From the NCBI GenBank assembly GCA_024655825.1, contig JANLFJ010000008.1, positions 8,185 to 72,184 on the forward strand: DNA of 64,000 nucleotides. Direction: 5' to 3'. The translations under genes and the position numbers were made by a program. Origin of the DNA: Peptococcaceae bacterium. Lineage in GTDB: Bacteria; Bacillota; Peptococcia; DRI-13; PHAD01. How positions within the stretch are numbered: position 1 is the first letter of the stretch; every line of letters begins with the position of its first letter. Under the pieces are notes generated by a model. That model saw only the letters and a list, made by a program, of their open reading frames with translations. It ran no database searches and was not told the origin of the DNA. Of this stretch, positions 26,476 through 35,803 are shown piece after piece.

Positions 26476-26823
26476 ATGATTGCCGGACATGCCAGGGATG
26501 TAGAAGGAAAACTGTATAACTCCAACGGAGCGAAGAACGCCTTGAAAAAGTCGCTGATTGGCCCCAAAGAAGGCTGGAAAGACTATGTAATGCGCCTGTT
26601 CGAGGTGGAGGCGGGCGGTTACTCGCCGAACCACAGCCACCCCTGGCCGCACATCGCTTACGTCACTAAGGGCAAGGGGATTGTAAACATGGCGGGAACA
26701 GACCATGAGGTTGAGGAGGGCTCTTTTGCCTATGTTCCTCCGGGTGTGAAACACCAGTTTGTCAACACGGGCAGCGACAAATTCTGCTGGATATGCATCG
26801 TTCCGCCCGAGGGCGACGCATGA
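26476..26823 (+). CDS. Cupin-domain protein
   Basis: Cupin motifs GGYSPNHSHPWPH and GSFAYVPPGVKHQFVNTG. RBS GGGAGG. Confidence 0.75.
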   Translation: MIAGHARDVEGKLYNSNGAKNALKKSLIGPKEGWKDYVMRLFEVEAGGYSPNHSHPWPHIAYVTKGKGIVNMAGTDHEVEEGSFAYVPPGVKHQFVNTGSDKFCWICIVPPEGDA

Positions 26824-27638
26824 CCTGCAGTGAAAACCGCCCAACAAGCGCGCGCTTGTCTCTGCCCAGAAACATCATCAGGAAAATCCAGCGGGCCGTG
26901 GTGGAATTCGACCTGCTGGAAAGCGGCGACAGGGTTTTGCTGGGCCTTTCCGGGGGCAAGGACAGCACGTTCCTGCTTTACGCGCTGTCAGTACTGGCCA
27001 GACACCTGCCTTTTCAGGTGGAACTGGGCGGTCTCACCGTTGACCTCGGCTTCAAAAAAGCGGAAGAGACGGACTTTGGTCCCCTGGAGACGGCCTGTGA
27101 AACGCTGCAGGTGCCGCACAGGACAATCAGGGCTGAACTGGGGAAGGAGATCCTGGAGAATCCCGTCCAGAATCCCTGCGCGCGCTGCTCATACCTGAGG
27201 CGGGCCATTATCCATAATTACGCGCGGGAAAACGGCTTCAACAAGGTGGCCTTCGCCCACCACCTGGATGACGCCGTGGAGACTTTCCTGATGAGCCAGC
27301 TTTACTCAGGTCAGGTTTACACTTTTTTGCCGAAGACTTTTCTGGACAGGACGGGCGTGACGGTGATCAGGCCCCTGGTTTACCTGCGGGAAAGCGAAAT
27401 CGGGAGGGAGGCGGCAAGGCTGGGCATCGCGCCGGTGGCCAGCCCCTGCCCGCTGGACGGGTCCACCAGGCGCGCGGAGGTCAAAGAATTGATCAGGAAC
27501 ATGAAAAAAGACAACCCCCACGTTTTTTACCACCTGGCGGCGGCCATGCGCGAGGGCAGGGAGATCCAGCTGTGGCCCCGCGAACTGACCAAGGAAGAAA
27601 TCAGGGCGAAAAGCCGCAGGTTTTGGTACGGTCAATAA
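26820..27638 (+). CDS. PP-loop ATPase, TtcA-like tRNA thiolation family
   Basis: PP-loop LSGGKDS and Cys motifs CARCS and SPCPLDGS. ATGA overlap with the cupin gene. Confidence 0.8.
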   Translation: MTCSENRPTSARLSLPRNIIRKIQRAVVEFDLLESGDRVLLGLSGGKDSTFLLYALSVLARHLPFQVELGGLTVDLGFKKAEETDFGPLETACETLQVPHRTIRAELGKEILENPVQNPCARCSYLRRAIIHNYARENGFNKVAFAHHLDDAVETFLMSQLYSGQVYTFLPKTFLDRTGVTVIRPLVYLRESEIGREAARLGIAPVASPCPLDGSTRRAEVKELIRNMKKDNPHVFYHLAAAMREGREIQLWPRELTKEEIRAKSRRFWYGQ

Positions 27639-27641
27639 AAA

Positions 27642-28688
27642 TCATACCGTCAGATCGACATGCTGCACAGTGCCGGCTGTTCCGTCCTCTTTCAGGAAAA
27701 GGCCGGTTTTTTGTATTTCGCCCAGCGGCTGGTTGCCCAAGTCACGCAAGGCAAAAGGGGTCGCCGTGCTGCCCAGGTAGACGGCTCCGATCCCAACCTC
27801 TCCCAAGGCCAGCAAATAGTCGCGGCCTTCGCTGTCTTTCGTCCAGATGCGCAGGCAGCGGAAAACGGGATCGCTTTCGTCGATCCAGTTGTTTTTATCG
27901 TAGTCGTAGGCGGCCAGTTCCCGGAAGCCGTCCCCGCTTCTCGGGCCGAACAGCTCCCTCCCGTTGTTGATTATCCCGTCGCCGTTCAGGTCAAGGGCAA
28001 GAAAACCGCTGCCCTTTTGCAGGAAGGAGACTTGTTCCTCCCGGCCGTCCGCGTCCAGGTCAAAGGAAAACTTGGCCTCCGTCAACCCGGCCAGGCCGCC
28101 GCCGAAATTCACCGCCAGCGGGTCGATCCTGGCGGCATCGCCGGCCCTGATCCGGATTTCGTTTCTCTCAATGAATTCCCGGCTCATGTTAAGTTCCAGG
28201 CCGATCTTGATTTCCCGGCCGTCGCTGGTCCTGATAACCCCCTCCGCGGAGAAAGTCGTTGTCTCTTTTTCATAAACCTGGCGAGAATAATCATAAGCCA
28301 GGCCCCAACCCTGCCTGGCGTTGCCCGGCTGTGCGGCCGGGCTTGCTTCAGCCTCCGGCGGTTTTTTTAATTTTATCGCCGGCACCTTGATCTTGACTTT
28401 TTTACCGGTGAGCGTTTCGATAAAGATTTCGATCAGCCTTATTTTGAGCTTGTCCTCATCGCTTATGCTTATTTCCTCATATTCGTCCTCACTGCAGACG
28501 GGAGACGGTTTATTGGTCTTGTCAACGACCAGCAGGCTCTTTTTGCCTTCGGGTGACAGGTCGAGAATATCGCTTGCCTCCCGGATTTGATCGCCGGTCC
28601 AGAAGGCAAGGCTTTCTTTTTCTTCCTCCTTTGCCAGCAGTTGATGAGATGCAGCCATGCTGATTTGAAAACCTTCGATTTTCATCAA
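27642..28688 (-). CDS. Hypothetical protein with EF-hand/FG-GAP-like Asp-rich calcium-binding loops, no signal peptide
   Basis: DLDADGREEQVSF, DLNGDGIINNGRELFG and DYDKNNWIDESD loops. Acidic, non-hydrophobic N-terminus. Confidence 0.55.
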   Translation of the reverse strand: MMKIEGFQISMAASHQLLAKEEEKESLAFWTGDQIREASDILDLSPEGKKSLLVVDKTNKPSPVCSEDEYEEISISDEDKLKIRLIEIFIETLTGKKVKIKVPAIKLKKPPEAEASPAAQPGNARQGWGLAYDYSRQVYEKETTTFSAEGVIRTSDGREIKIGLELNMSREFIERNEIRIRAGDAARIDPLAVNFGGGLAGLTEAKFSFDLDADGREEQVSFLQKGSGFLALDLNGDGIINNGRELFGPRSGDGFRELAAYDYDKNNWIDESDPVFRCLRIWTKDSEGRDYLLALGEVGIGAVYLGSTATPFALRDLGNQPLGEIQKTGLFLKEDGTAGTVQHVDLTV

Positions 28689-28782
28689 AAATCACCCCGG
28701 CCATTAGTTTGTTTATTCCCTATAATGTTTTAATCGATAAAAACGCACGATTATTTAGCGGTTTTTTATGCGGCAAATACTA

Positions 28783-28830
28783 TTGACAGGGATGCCGGAA
28801 GTGTATATACTGTATATATGCAGTATATAC
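28783..28830 (+). promoter_or_regulatory. Sigma-A promoter with an overlapping perfect inverted-repeat operator
   Basis: TTGACA (28783)-17 nt-TATACT (28806). Perfect 10-bp inverted repeat GTATATACTG-N8-CAGTATATAC at 28803..28830. Confidence 0.55.
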
Positions 28831-28866
28831 AATAATAACAGGGACACGAAAGGGAGGGATGCAGCC

Positions 28867-29241
28867 CTGGACATTATCATATCCAACGCTTCGCCGGAGC
28901 CGATATACGAACAGATTGTGAGACAGGTGAAAAACCAGATCATTACCGGTGAACTTGAAGACGGCGAACCCCTCCCCTCGATCAGGAACCTGGCGCGTCA
29001 GCTCCAGATCAGCGTGATCACGACCAAGCGGGCTTACGAAGAACTGGAAAGAGAAGGGTTGATCGTAACGGTGGGTGGAAAAGGCTCGTTTGTGGCGGGA
29101 CAAAATAAGGAATACCTCAGGGAAAAGCGGCTTTGCCTGATGGAGGAGAAGCTGGCCGGGATAGTCCAGGAGGCCAGGACGCTCAAAGTCAGCCGCCGGG
29201 AGCTTGAACAACTGCTTGATGTCATTTACGGGGAGGAATGA
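28867..29241 (+). CDS. GntR-family (YtrA-subfamily) transcriptional repressor
   Basis: PIYEQIVRQVKNQIITGEL..LPSIRNLARQLQISVITTKRAYEELEREG. No in-frame ATG, GTG or TTG is available. The CTG at 28867 lies 8 nt after GGGAGGG and gives a typical (M)DIIISN N-terminus. Confidence 0.7.
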   Translation: MDIIISNASPEPIYEQIVRQVKNQIITGELEDGEPLPSIRNLARQLQISVITTKRAYEELEREGLIVTVGGKGSFVAGQNKEYLREKRLCLMEEKLAGIVQEARTLKVSRRELEQLLDVIYGEE

Positions 29242-30116
29242 AAGTGGAAAACATCCTGGAAGTAAAGGGACTGCGGAAAAAATACCCGGGTTTTACCCTG
29301 AACAACGTCGGGTTTGCTCTCAAAAAGGGCTATATTATGGGTTTCATCGGCCCGAACGGGGCGGGCAAGACGACCACCATCAAACTCATCATGAACCTCA
29401 TTAACAGGGAGGGCGGGGAAATAAAGGTTTTCGGCCTCGACAACATCCGCCATGAACAGCAGATTAAGCAGAGACTGGGCTTTGTCTACGACGAAAATTA
29501 TTACTACGAGGAGCTGACCCCGCTGGAAATAAAGAGAATCATCGCGCCTTTTTACCGGTCGTGGGACGACGACGCCTTCAGCCGGTATCTGCGGGAGTTC
29601 GAACTGCCGCCTCGCAAGGCGCTGAAAACTTTTTCCCGGGGGATGAAGATGAAGATGGCCATTGCCCTGGCCTTGTCGCACCGGGCCGAACTGCTGATCA
29701 TGGATGAGCCGGCTTCCGGCCTGGATCCGGTATTTCGCAGCGAGTTTCTCGACATCCTCCAGGAATTCATAACCGATGAAAACAAGGGTATTCTTTTCTC
29801 CAGCCACCTGACTTCAGACCTGGACAAAATTGCGGACTATGTCTGCCTGATTGACGAAGGCGAGATCGTGCTGGATTGTTCCAGGATTGAACTGCAGGAG
29901 CAGTACGCCGTGGTAAAAGGGGAGAAAAAATACCTGGACGAGGAAATGAAAAAACGGCTGATCGGCTTGCGCCTTGGCGATTTTGGCTTTTCCGGCCTGA
30001 CCAGGGAGGCCGTAGAAATACGGCGCGCTTGTAAAGACTCGGTGCTCATTGAGCGCCCGACACTGGAAGAAATAATGCTCTACATGGTAAGGAGGGAAAA
30101 AAGGTGTCCAGCCTGA
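29238..30116 (+). CDS. ABC transporter ATP-binding protein (YtrB-like)
   Basis: Walker A GPNGAGKTT and Walker B LIMDEP. ATGA overlap with the GntR gene. Confidence 0.9.
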   Translation: MKVENILEVKGLRKKYPGFTLNNVGFALKKGYIMGFIGPNGAGKTTTIKLIMNLINREGGEIKVFGLDNIRHEQQIKQRLGFVYDENYYYEELTPLEIKRIIAPFYRSWDDDAFSRYLREFELPPRKALKTFSRGMKMKMAIALALSHRAELLIMDEPASGLDPVFRSEFLDILQEFITDENKGILFSSHLTSDLDKIADYVCLIDEGEIVLDCSRIELQEQYAVVKGEKKYLDEEMKKRLIGLRLGDFGFSGLTREAVEIRRACKDSVLIERPTLEEIMLYMVRREKRCPA

Positions 30117-30769
30117 TTTTAAAAGACATCCTGCTGCAGAAAAAAGCGGTGCTGTTTACCATCGGCTACAGCCTGTTTATCTTGATCGCTTTCCAGAATC
30201 CCGTCTTTTCCGAGGCCGCCTATATAATGGGCGCCGTGGCAAGCGGTTATATGTTCATCCTCGGTGCCTGCGCCTACGACGAGAAAAACAAGAGCGACAT
30301 CGTCCTGAACAGCCTGCCGGTTAAACGCGCCGCCATCGTCAGGGCTAAATACGCTGGCGTTCTTGTCTTTACAGCGATTGCCCTGCTGATTATCGGGCTT
30401 ATGGGAGCGGTGATGAAAGGGATAGGGCTGCCTGTGCCTCAACGTTACATCGGGTGGCCGGACATGGCGGGCGCTTTCGCCAGTTTGGGACTGCTCGCTT
30501 CCCTTTATTATCCTTTCGCCTTCCGGTTCGGTTATATCAAGTCGCGGATGTTCAACCTTGTGCTGTTTATGCTGGTCTTTTTTTCACCGGCGGTTTTAAG
30601 CGAATACTTAAAAAAGCAATACAGCAGAGAAAACCTGGAGCAGGCCGTGGTAAGGCTAGTCGCCCTGCCCGACTGGCTGGTGGGGCTGGGGCTTGTCCTG
30701 GCCGTGCTGGCGCTGCTGCAGGTTTCCCTTTTACTGTCGATTCGCTTCTATAAACAGCGGGAATTTTGA
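30104..30769 (+). CDS. ABC-2-type transporter permease
   Basis: 221 aa with six hydrophobic helices. Overlaps the ATPase gene. Confidence 0.7.
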   Translation: MSSLILKDILLQKKAVLFTIGYSLFILIAFQNPVFSEAAYIMGAVASGYMFILGACAYDEKNKSDIVLNSLPVKRAAIVRAKYAGVLVFTAIALLIIGLMGAVMKGIGLPVPQRYIGWPDMAGAFASLGLLASLYYPFAFRFGYIKSRMFNLVLFMLVFFSPAVLSEYLKKQYSRENLEQAVVRLVALPDWLVGLGLVLAVLALLQVSLLLSIRFYKQREF

Positions 30770-30823
30770 ACAAAAAGCTGTTGAGCTGTCAGGAAGGGCA
30801 AGCGTAGGGATATAAATGACATT

Positions 30824-31447
30824 TTACGGGTACACCTTTTTTTTATAATAGCTTTCGGAGCAGTAAAGCGCACCGGCGGGGTTGTGGGCCAGCACGCGGT
30901 CTTTGGCCACCAGCACGGTCACGGGCGCGTGGGAGTACCGGAAAAAGAGGCTGTCATGGCCGACGCACAGCCCAACCGCTATGTTGAATTCGGTTTTTGC
31001 CTCGTTGAGGAGCATTGCCTGCGCAATCGGATTGCACATGCTTTCATACTGCCCTGGATAAACTTTTTCTTCTTCTTTCAGGTCCAGGACGTCTTCTTTG
31101 GCGATGCCGCCGCACTTGCACAGGACGGAGGAAACGGAAAACCCGTGGGCGCGCAAGATTTTTGAAAGCAGTCCCGCTTCGTTTTTCATTCCCCGGCAAA
31201 AAGCGATGCCGATTTTTTGGTAAGACAGTTCTTTACAGAAATGGATTGTTTCTTCAACGCGGGTCCACTTGGCATACCCGCGGCCTTCGGTAATTGCAGA
31301 CTGGCGCGCGAATCTCAAGATTTCGCCTTTGTATTCACAAAGGCTTGTCTCTATGATCCGGGGATGATTCATTGGACAGTTTTTGGGCAGGTTGTCCTTG
31401 CCCGGGCCGCTGCAGGCCAATACCTGGCATTCGGCGCATGTAAACAT
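30824..31447 (-). CDS. DUF1847-family Cys-rich metal-binding protein
   Basis: N-terminus MFTCAECQVLACS...NCPM and conserved Cys residues throughout. Confidence 0.65.
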   Translation of the reverse strand: MFTCAECQVLACSGPGKDNLPKNCPMNHPRIIETSLCEYKGEILRFARQSAITEGRGYAKWTRVEETIHFCKELSYQKIGIAFCRGMKNEAGLLSKILRAHGFSVSSVLCKCGGIAKEDVLDLKEEEKVYPGQYESMCNPIAQAMLLNEAKTEFNIAVGLCVGHDSLFFRYSHAPVTVLVAKDRVLAHNPAGALYCSESYYKKKVYP

Positions 31448-31778
31448 GGGTTGTCTTCTCCTTTTTGTTTAAATTTAAATAAAAATAAATTGTTATAAAT
31501 AGATATTATCATAAAAAATAACAGAAATTAATGTTCAAGAGAAAATAATAAAGCCTATCCTGCACAGCGAATGAATCGTGTTATAATAAAGGCTGGCGGC
31601 ACACAGTTTTCCGTATGAGTTCCCAAGCATATCTTTTTGCGGAAAGGGATTTTGTCTATGTATACCGGGACATGGGTGCTGCAGGTTTAAATGAAGAAAG
31701 GAGGTTGGGTCACGGATTAAGGATGAGTGTTATTTAAACGGTGGAAAACATGAGCTATTATGATTGGAGGGTAAGAAT

Positions 31779-32624
31779 TTGAGGGAAGTCAGCTGTGAAA
31801 AAATCAAAGAAACCGTCAAAGAGCTTTATCTCCGGACCAACTATTACATTGGCCAGGACATCCTGGCCGCCCTGAGGGAGGGACTGGAGAAAGAGGAATC
31901 GGAAACAGGGAAAGCAGTGCTGGAGCAAATCCTCAAAAACCACGAGATCGCCAGCGGCGAAAGGATTGCCATCTGCCAGGACACGGGGCTGGCCGTGCTC
32001 TTCGTCAAAATCGGGCAGGAGGTGAGGATTGTCGGCGGGGACTTCAACGATGCCGTCAACCAGGGGGTAAGAGAGGCCTATATCGAAGGGTATCTCCGGA
32101 AGTCGGCCGTCGACGATCCCGTCATCGACCGCAAAAACACCAAAGACAACACGCCGGCCATCGTCCATCTGGAACTGATTCCCGGCGATAGAATCCATTT
32201 TCATGTGACTGCCAAGGGTTTCGGCAGCGAAAACATGAGCCGGATGAAGATGCTGACCCCGGCGGAAGGGGAAAAAGGTGTCAAGGATTTCATCGTGGAA
32301 ACGGTCAGGATAGCGGGGCCAAATCCATGCCCGCCCGTGATCGTGGGCGTCGGCGTGGGCGGAACAATTGAAAAAGCGGCGCTCCTGGCCAAGAAGGCCA
32401 CCCTGCGCAAGATCGGCGAGCGCAACGCCGACCCCCGCTACGCGAAAATGGAAGAAGAAGCGCTGGAAGAGATCAACAAACTGGGAATAGGCCCGGCCGG
32501 CCTGGGGGGCAGGGTTACGGCCCTGGCGGTGAACATTGATTGCTTCCCGACCCACATCGCCGGCCTGCCGGTCGTGGTGAACGTCTGCTGCCACGCGGCC
32601 AGGCACGCCGAAGCGGAAATATGA
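31779..32624 (+). CDS. Class I (Fe-S) fumarate hydratase / tartrate dehydratase, alpha subunit
   Basis: ICQDTGLAV, and Cys ligands in the GPNPCPP and VNVCCHA regions. The TTG at 31779 lies 6 nt after GGAGGG; the track starts at the TTG at 31764. Confidence 0.85.
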   Translation: MREVSCEKIKETVKELYLRTNYYIGQDILAALREGLEKEESETGKAVLEQILKNHEIASGERIAICQDTGLAVLFVKIGQEVRIVGGDFNDAVNQGVREAYIEGYLRKSAVDDPVIDRKNTKDNTPAIVHLELIPGDRIHFHVTAKGFGSENMSRMKMLTPAEGEKGVKDFIVETVRIAGPNPCPPVIVGVGVGGTIEKAALLAKKATLRKIGERNADPRYAKMEEEALEEINKLGIGPAGLGGRVTALAVNIDCFPTHIAGLPVVVNVCCHAARHAEAEI

Positions 32625-32641
32625 GGGAGGAGGGTAAGAAA

Positions 32642-33202
32642 ATGAGCGACAATGTCAAAAGAATCACCACCCCGTTAACCGACGAGACGGTAGCCGGCCT
32701 CAAGGCAGGAGACAACGTCCTGATCAGTGGGGCGGTGTATGCGGCCAGGGATGCGGCTCATAAAAGGTTCATCGCCCTGATCAACGAGGGCCGGGAACTG
32801 CCGGTCGACCTGAAGGGGCAGATCATATATTACGTGGGCCCGGCACCGGCCAAACCTGGTCAGGCCAGCGGCGCAGCCGGCCCGACTACCAGTTCGCGCA
32901 TGGACAGCCTGACCCCGCCCCTGCTGGACAGGGGATTGAAAGGGATGATCGGCAAGGGGCTCCGTTCCCAGGCGGTCATAGATTCCATGAAAAAGAACAA
33001 GGCCGTGTATTTTGCGGCCACCGGCGGGGCGGCCGCCTTGATTGCCAGGAGCATCAAACAGGTGGAAATGGTCGCCTATGAAGACCTGGGCGCCGAAGCC
33101 GTACAGAAGATGGTGGTGGAAGATTTCCCGGCCATCGTGGTGATCGACAGCGAGGGCAACAACCTGTACCTGACCGGTCCGGAAAAATACAGACAGAATT
33201 GA
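32642..33202 (+). CDS. Class I fumarate hydratase, beta subunit
   Basis: GAVYAARDAAHKR and GPTTSSRMD motifs of the Fe-S hydro-lyase beta subunit. Start at MSDNVKR after GGAGGAGGG. Confidence 0.85.
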   Translation: MSDNVKRITTPLTDETVAGLKAGDNVLISGAVYAARDAAHKRFIALINEGRELPVDLKGQIIYYVGPAPAKPGQASGAAGPTTSSRMDSLTPPLLDRGLKGMIGKGLRSQAVIDSMKKNKAVYFAATGGAAALIARSIKQVEMVAYEDLGAEAVQKMVVEDFPAIVVIDSEGNNLYLTGPEKYRQN

Positions 33203-33216
33203 GGGGGTTGCAAAAA

Positions 33217-34446
33217 ATGGATTACAGCAAGGAAGCCTTGAGACTGCACAAGGAATTGAAAGGAAAACTGGAAGTGATCAGCAAGGTGCCGGTGTCCAAC
33301 AAGGATGATCTCTCCATCGCTTATACGCCGGGAGTGGCCGAGCCCTGCAAGGTCATCGCCAGGGACAGGGCCGCGGTGTACGATTACACCATCAAGTCCA
33401 ATTACATCGCCGTGGTATCCGACGGCACCGCCGTGCTGGGGCTGGGAGACATCGGCCCGGAAGCGGCCATGCCCGTGATGGAAGGGAAATGCGTGCTGTT
33501 CAAGGAATTCGGCGGCGTAGACGCTGTTCCTCTTTGCCTGGATACCAAAGACGTGGACGAGATCGTGGAGACGGTGATCAGGCTGGCTCCCTCCTTCGGC
33601 GGGTTCAACCTGGAAGACATCAGCGGGCCGCGCTGTTTCGAGATCGAGCGGCGCCTCAAGGCGGCCCTGGACATCCCCGTATTCCACGATGACCAGCACG
33701 GCACGGCGGTGGTGGTGCTGGGCGGCCTGATCAACGCCCTGAAAATTGTTAATAAAGACATCTCCGAGGTGGAAATAGTGATCAGCGGTGCAGGAGCGGC
33801 CGGGATCAGCACGGCCAGGCTGCTGAACACGTTCGGGGCCAAGAACGTGGTGCTTTGCGATACCAAAGGCGCCATTTATGAGGGGCGACCTGAGGGGATG
33901 AACAGCGAAAAGGCGCTGCTGGCCAAAGAGACCAACAGGAACAGGGAAAAGGGAGACCTGAAAGACATTATCCGGGGCAAGGACGTGTTCATCGGCGTAT
34001 CGCAGGCTGGCCTGGTCACGAAAGAGATGGTGCAATCCATGAACAAGGACGCCATCATTTTTGCCATGGCCAACCCGGTGCCGGAGATCTTCCCGGACGA
34101 AGCCAAGGCTGGCGGCGCGCGCATTGTGGGGACCGGCCGGTCCGACTTCGCCAACCAGGTCAACAATGTCCTGGCTTTCCCCGGTATCTTTCGCGGAGCC
34201 CTGGACGTGATGGCCAAAGACATTAACGAGGAGATGAAGATCGCGGCCGCCAGGGCCCTGGCTGAAATCATCACGCTGGAGGAACTCAACGAGGATTACG
34301 TCATCCCCAGGGCCTTCGACCTGCGGGTGGGACCGCGAGTGGCCGCGGCCGTGGCTGAAGCGGCGGTGAAATCGGGAGTGGCCCGGCGCGTGCTCACTTA
34401 CGAGGAGGAACTGGAGAACGCCTCCAGGATCATGAAACAGGCGTAG
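33217..34446 (+). CDS. NAD(P)-dependent malic enzyme (short form, no PTA domain)
   Basis: AYTPGVA, FHDDQHGTAVV and ISGAGAAGIS, typical of the malic enzyme family. Confidence 0.9.
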   Translation: MDYSKEALRLHKELKGKLEVISKVPVSNKDDLSIAYTPGVAEPCKVIARDRAAVYDYTIKSNYIAVVSDGTAVLGLGDIGPEAAMPVMEGKCVLFKEFGGVDAVPLCLDTKDVDEIVETVIRLAPSFGGFNLEDISGPRCFEIERRLKAALDIPVFHDDQHGTAVVVLGGLINALKIVNKDISEVEIVISGAGAAGISTARLLNTFGAKNVVLCDTKGAIYEGRPEGMNSEKALLAKETNRNREKGDLKDIIRGKDVFIGVSQAGLVTKEMVQSMNKDAIIFAMANPVPEIFPDEAKAGGARIVGTGRSDFANQVNNVLAFPGIFRGALDVMAKDINEEMKIAAARALAEIITLEELNEDYVIPRAFDLRVGPRVAAAVAEAAVKSGVARRVLTYEEELENASRIMKQA

Positions 34447-34744
34447 CAAGGCATGAACGCCGGGCGCGAAAAGGATAAAACGAAGGGGTCGCCTCATAAT
34501 TGATTTATGAAGCGGCCCCCTGTTGTTAGCGGTACGCCCGGCAAGGGCGCGGGCCCGCGGGCGTTGTTGATTATTATGAGAAGGGTCAGCGCAAATAATA
34601 CAATCTTGTTTTTAGGCATATGATGAAATCCTTTCAATAAAGTTGCTAAAGATATAACAACCAATTATTATTATCATAAGAAATTTACCGCTTCTCTGGA
34701 ATTCATAGAAGGAATATATTGCTTAAAACCCGAAAACTCCATAA

Positions 34745-35803
34745 TTAGTAAATTTCCTTAATTATTGCCAGGGTTTGTGGTTTTGGCAGGGTGTCATAGA
34801 CACAGACTATGGTATCTCCATACGCGCTGACAAATTCAAAATAAATACGGTTATTGTTAACCTGTTCAGTTAAGCAAGTTGTTACGTCTATAGTGGAGTA
34901 GTATTTATAAAGATGATGCTTTTCTTTGCTTTGGGAGTAAATAATGTCTCCATTAAAAATGTCAAATAAAAAAATTTTTTCTGCGATAAGCTTCTTCTTG
35001 TTAGGCATATCGATATCCTTAATAAAATAAAGGCTTTTTTTCATGTCTCCTTCTTGCCAGGCCAAGACTTTTCCGTCTGATACGGGCCGCGACGGTTTAT
35101 TGTCGAGATAAACCTTCCTTTCGTATTTGGTATTCACATCAATGATTCTGACAGCCCAGTTTTGGTTCAATTTTTCTACGCAGGCCACCGAATTGTTTTT
35201 AATTTTGATAATATCATAGGGGTTTTCAACATAGTTGACATCCGTTATTTCTTCAATGCCTGTTTCGGGCTTATATAGGTATATTTGATGATTTACTGAG
35301 CCGTTTTTATCTTTATATCCTTCAAGCCATACAAGTAAATCGCCTTCGTTTGAAAGCCTGGGGATAAGAGTAGCTCCTTCTTTTATACCGGATTTTCTAA
35401 TAACCTCGATATTTCCATCGTAGAGGTTGTACGATTTGATTTGCCAGGTCTCAGGAATACCTTCAACCCAATATACTCTTGAGGGCCCGATTTTTGGATC
35501 TTCAATTGCTATATTTTTGTTTTCACCAACACTATATATTTTTTTTTCAATTCTATTTGTTAGGTCCAATAAAAAAATATTTCGACTTTCGGTATTTGTT
35601 ATATCATAAGTGGAGTAAACAACTTTGTTATTATATATGCCGGGCCAGGTTAAAAATTGTGTTGTACTTGTCTCGAAAAAGTCAATGGCAATAGCTGGCG
35701 GATGATTTGGCAATGGAGTGATTGATGTGTTTGAACAAGAGACAGTAGTCATCATAAGAATAGACAGTACAAATATCAAAGCTTTTTTCTTAAATATACA
35801 CAT
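34745..35803 (-). CDS. Lipoprotein, probable beta-propeller, encoded in an AT-rich island
   Basis: Lipobox TVSC. Recurring strand motif [VL]xW[VLQ]EG (RVYWVEG, LLVWLEG, VLAWQEG). Composition is very different from the flanks. Confidence 0.6.
   Translation of the reverse strand: MCIFKKKALIFVLSILMMTTVSCSNTSITPLPNHPPAIAIDFFETSTTQFLTWPGIYNNKVVYSTYDITNTESRNIFLLDLTNRIEKKIYSVGENKNIAIEDPKIGPSRVYWVEGIPETWQIKSYNLYDGNIEVIRKSGIKEGATLIPRLSNEGDLLVWLEGYKDKNGSVNHQIYLYKPETGIEEITDVNYVENPYDIIKIKNNSVACVEKLNQNWAVRIIDVNTKYERKVYLDNKPSRPVSDGKVLAWQEGDMKKSLYFIKDIDMPNKKKLIAEKIFLFDIFNGDIIYSQSKEKHHLYKYYSTIDVTTCLTEQVNNNRIYFEFVSAYGDTIVCVYDTLPKPQTLAIIKEIY

Noticed and set aside
31448-31763. Possible riboswitch or leader peptide in the long AT-rich 5' region of the fumarase operon
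   Set aside because: It contains only an extended -10 (TGtTATAAT, about 31591..31599) and tiny ORFs of fewer than 11 codons without conservation cues. I recognised no known riboswitch blocks. It remains unassigned rather than claimed.
33076-34497. 473-aa antisense ORF opposite the malic enzyme gene, and 31758..32606 (282 aa) opposite the fumarase alpha gene
   Set aside because: The plus-strand genes have unmistakable family motifs. The antisense products are rich in H, R, P and G with no recognisable domains. This is a typical open-frame artefact of high-GC3 genes.
34494-34619. 41-codon minus-strand ORF (MPKNKIVLFALTLLIIINNARGPAP...) at the left edge of the AT-rich island
   Set aside because: It straddles the composition boundary and runs into the malic-enzyme terminator hairpin. 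The RBS is weak (AAAGGA, 11 nt away) and the C-terminal half looks non-coding. It is most likely fortuitous.
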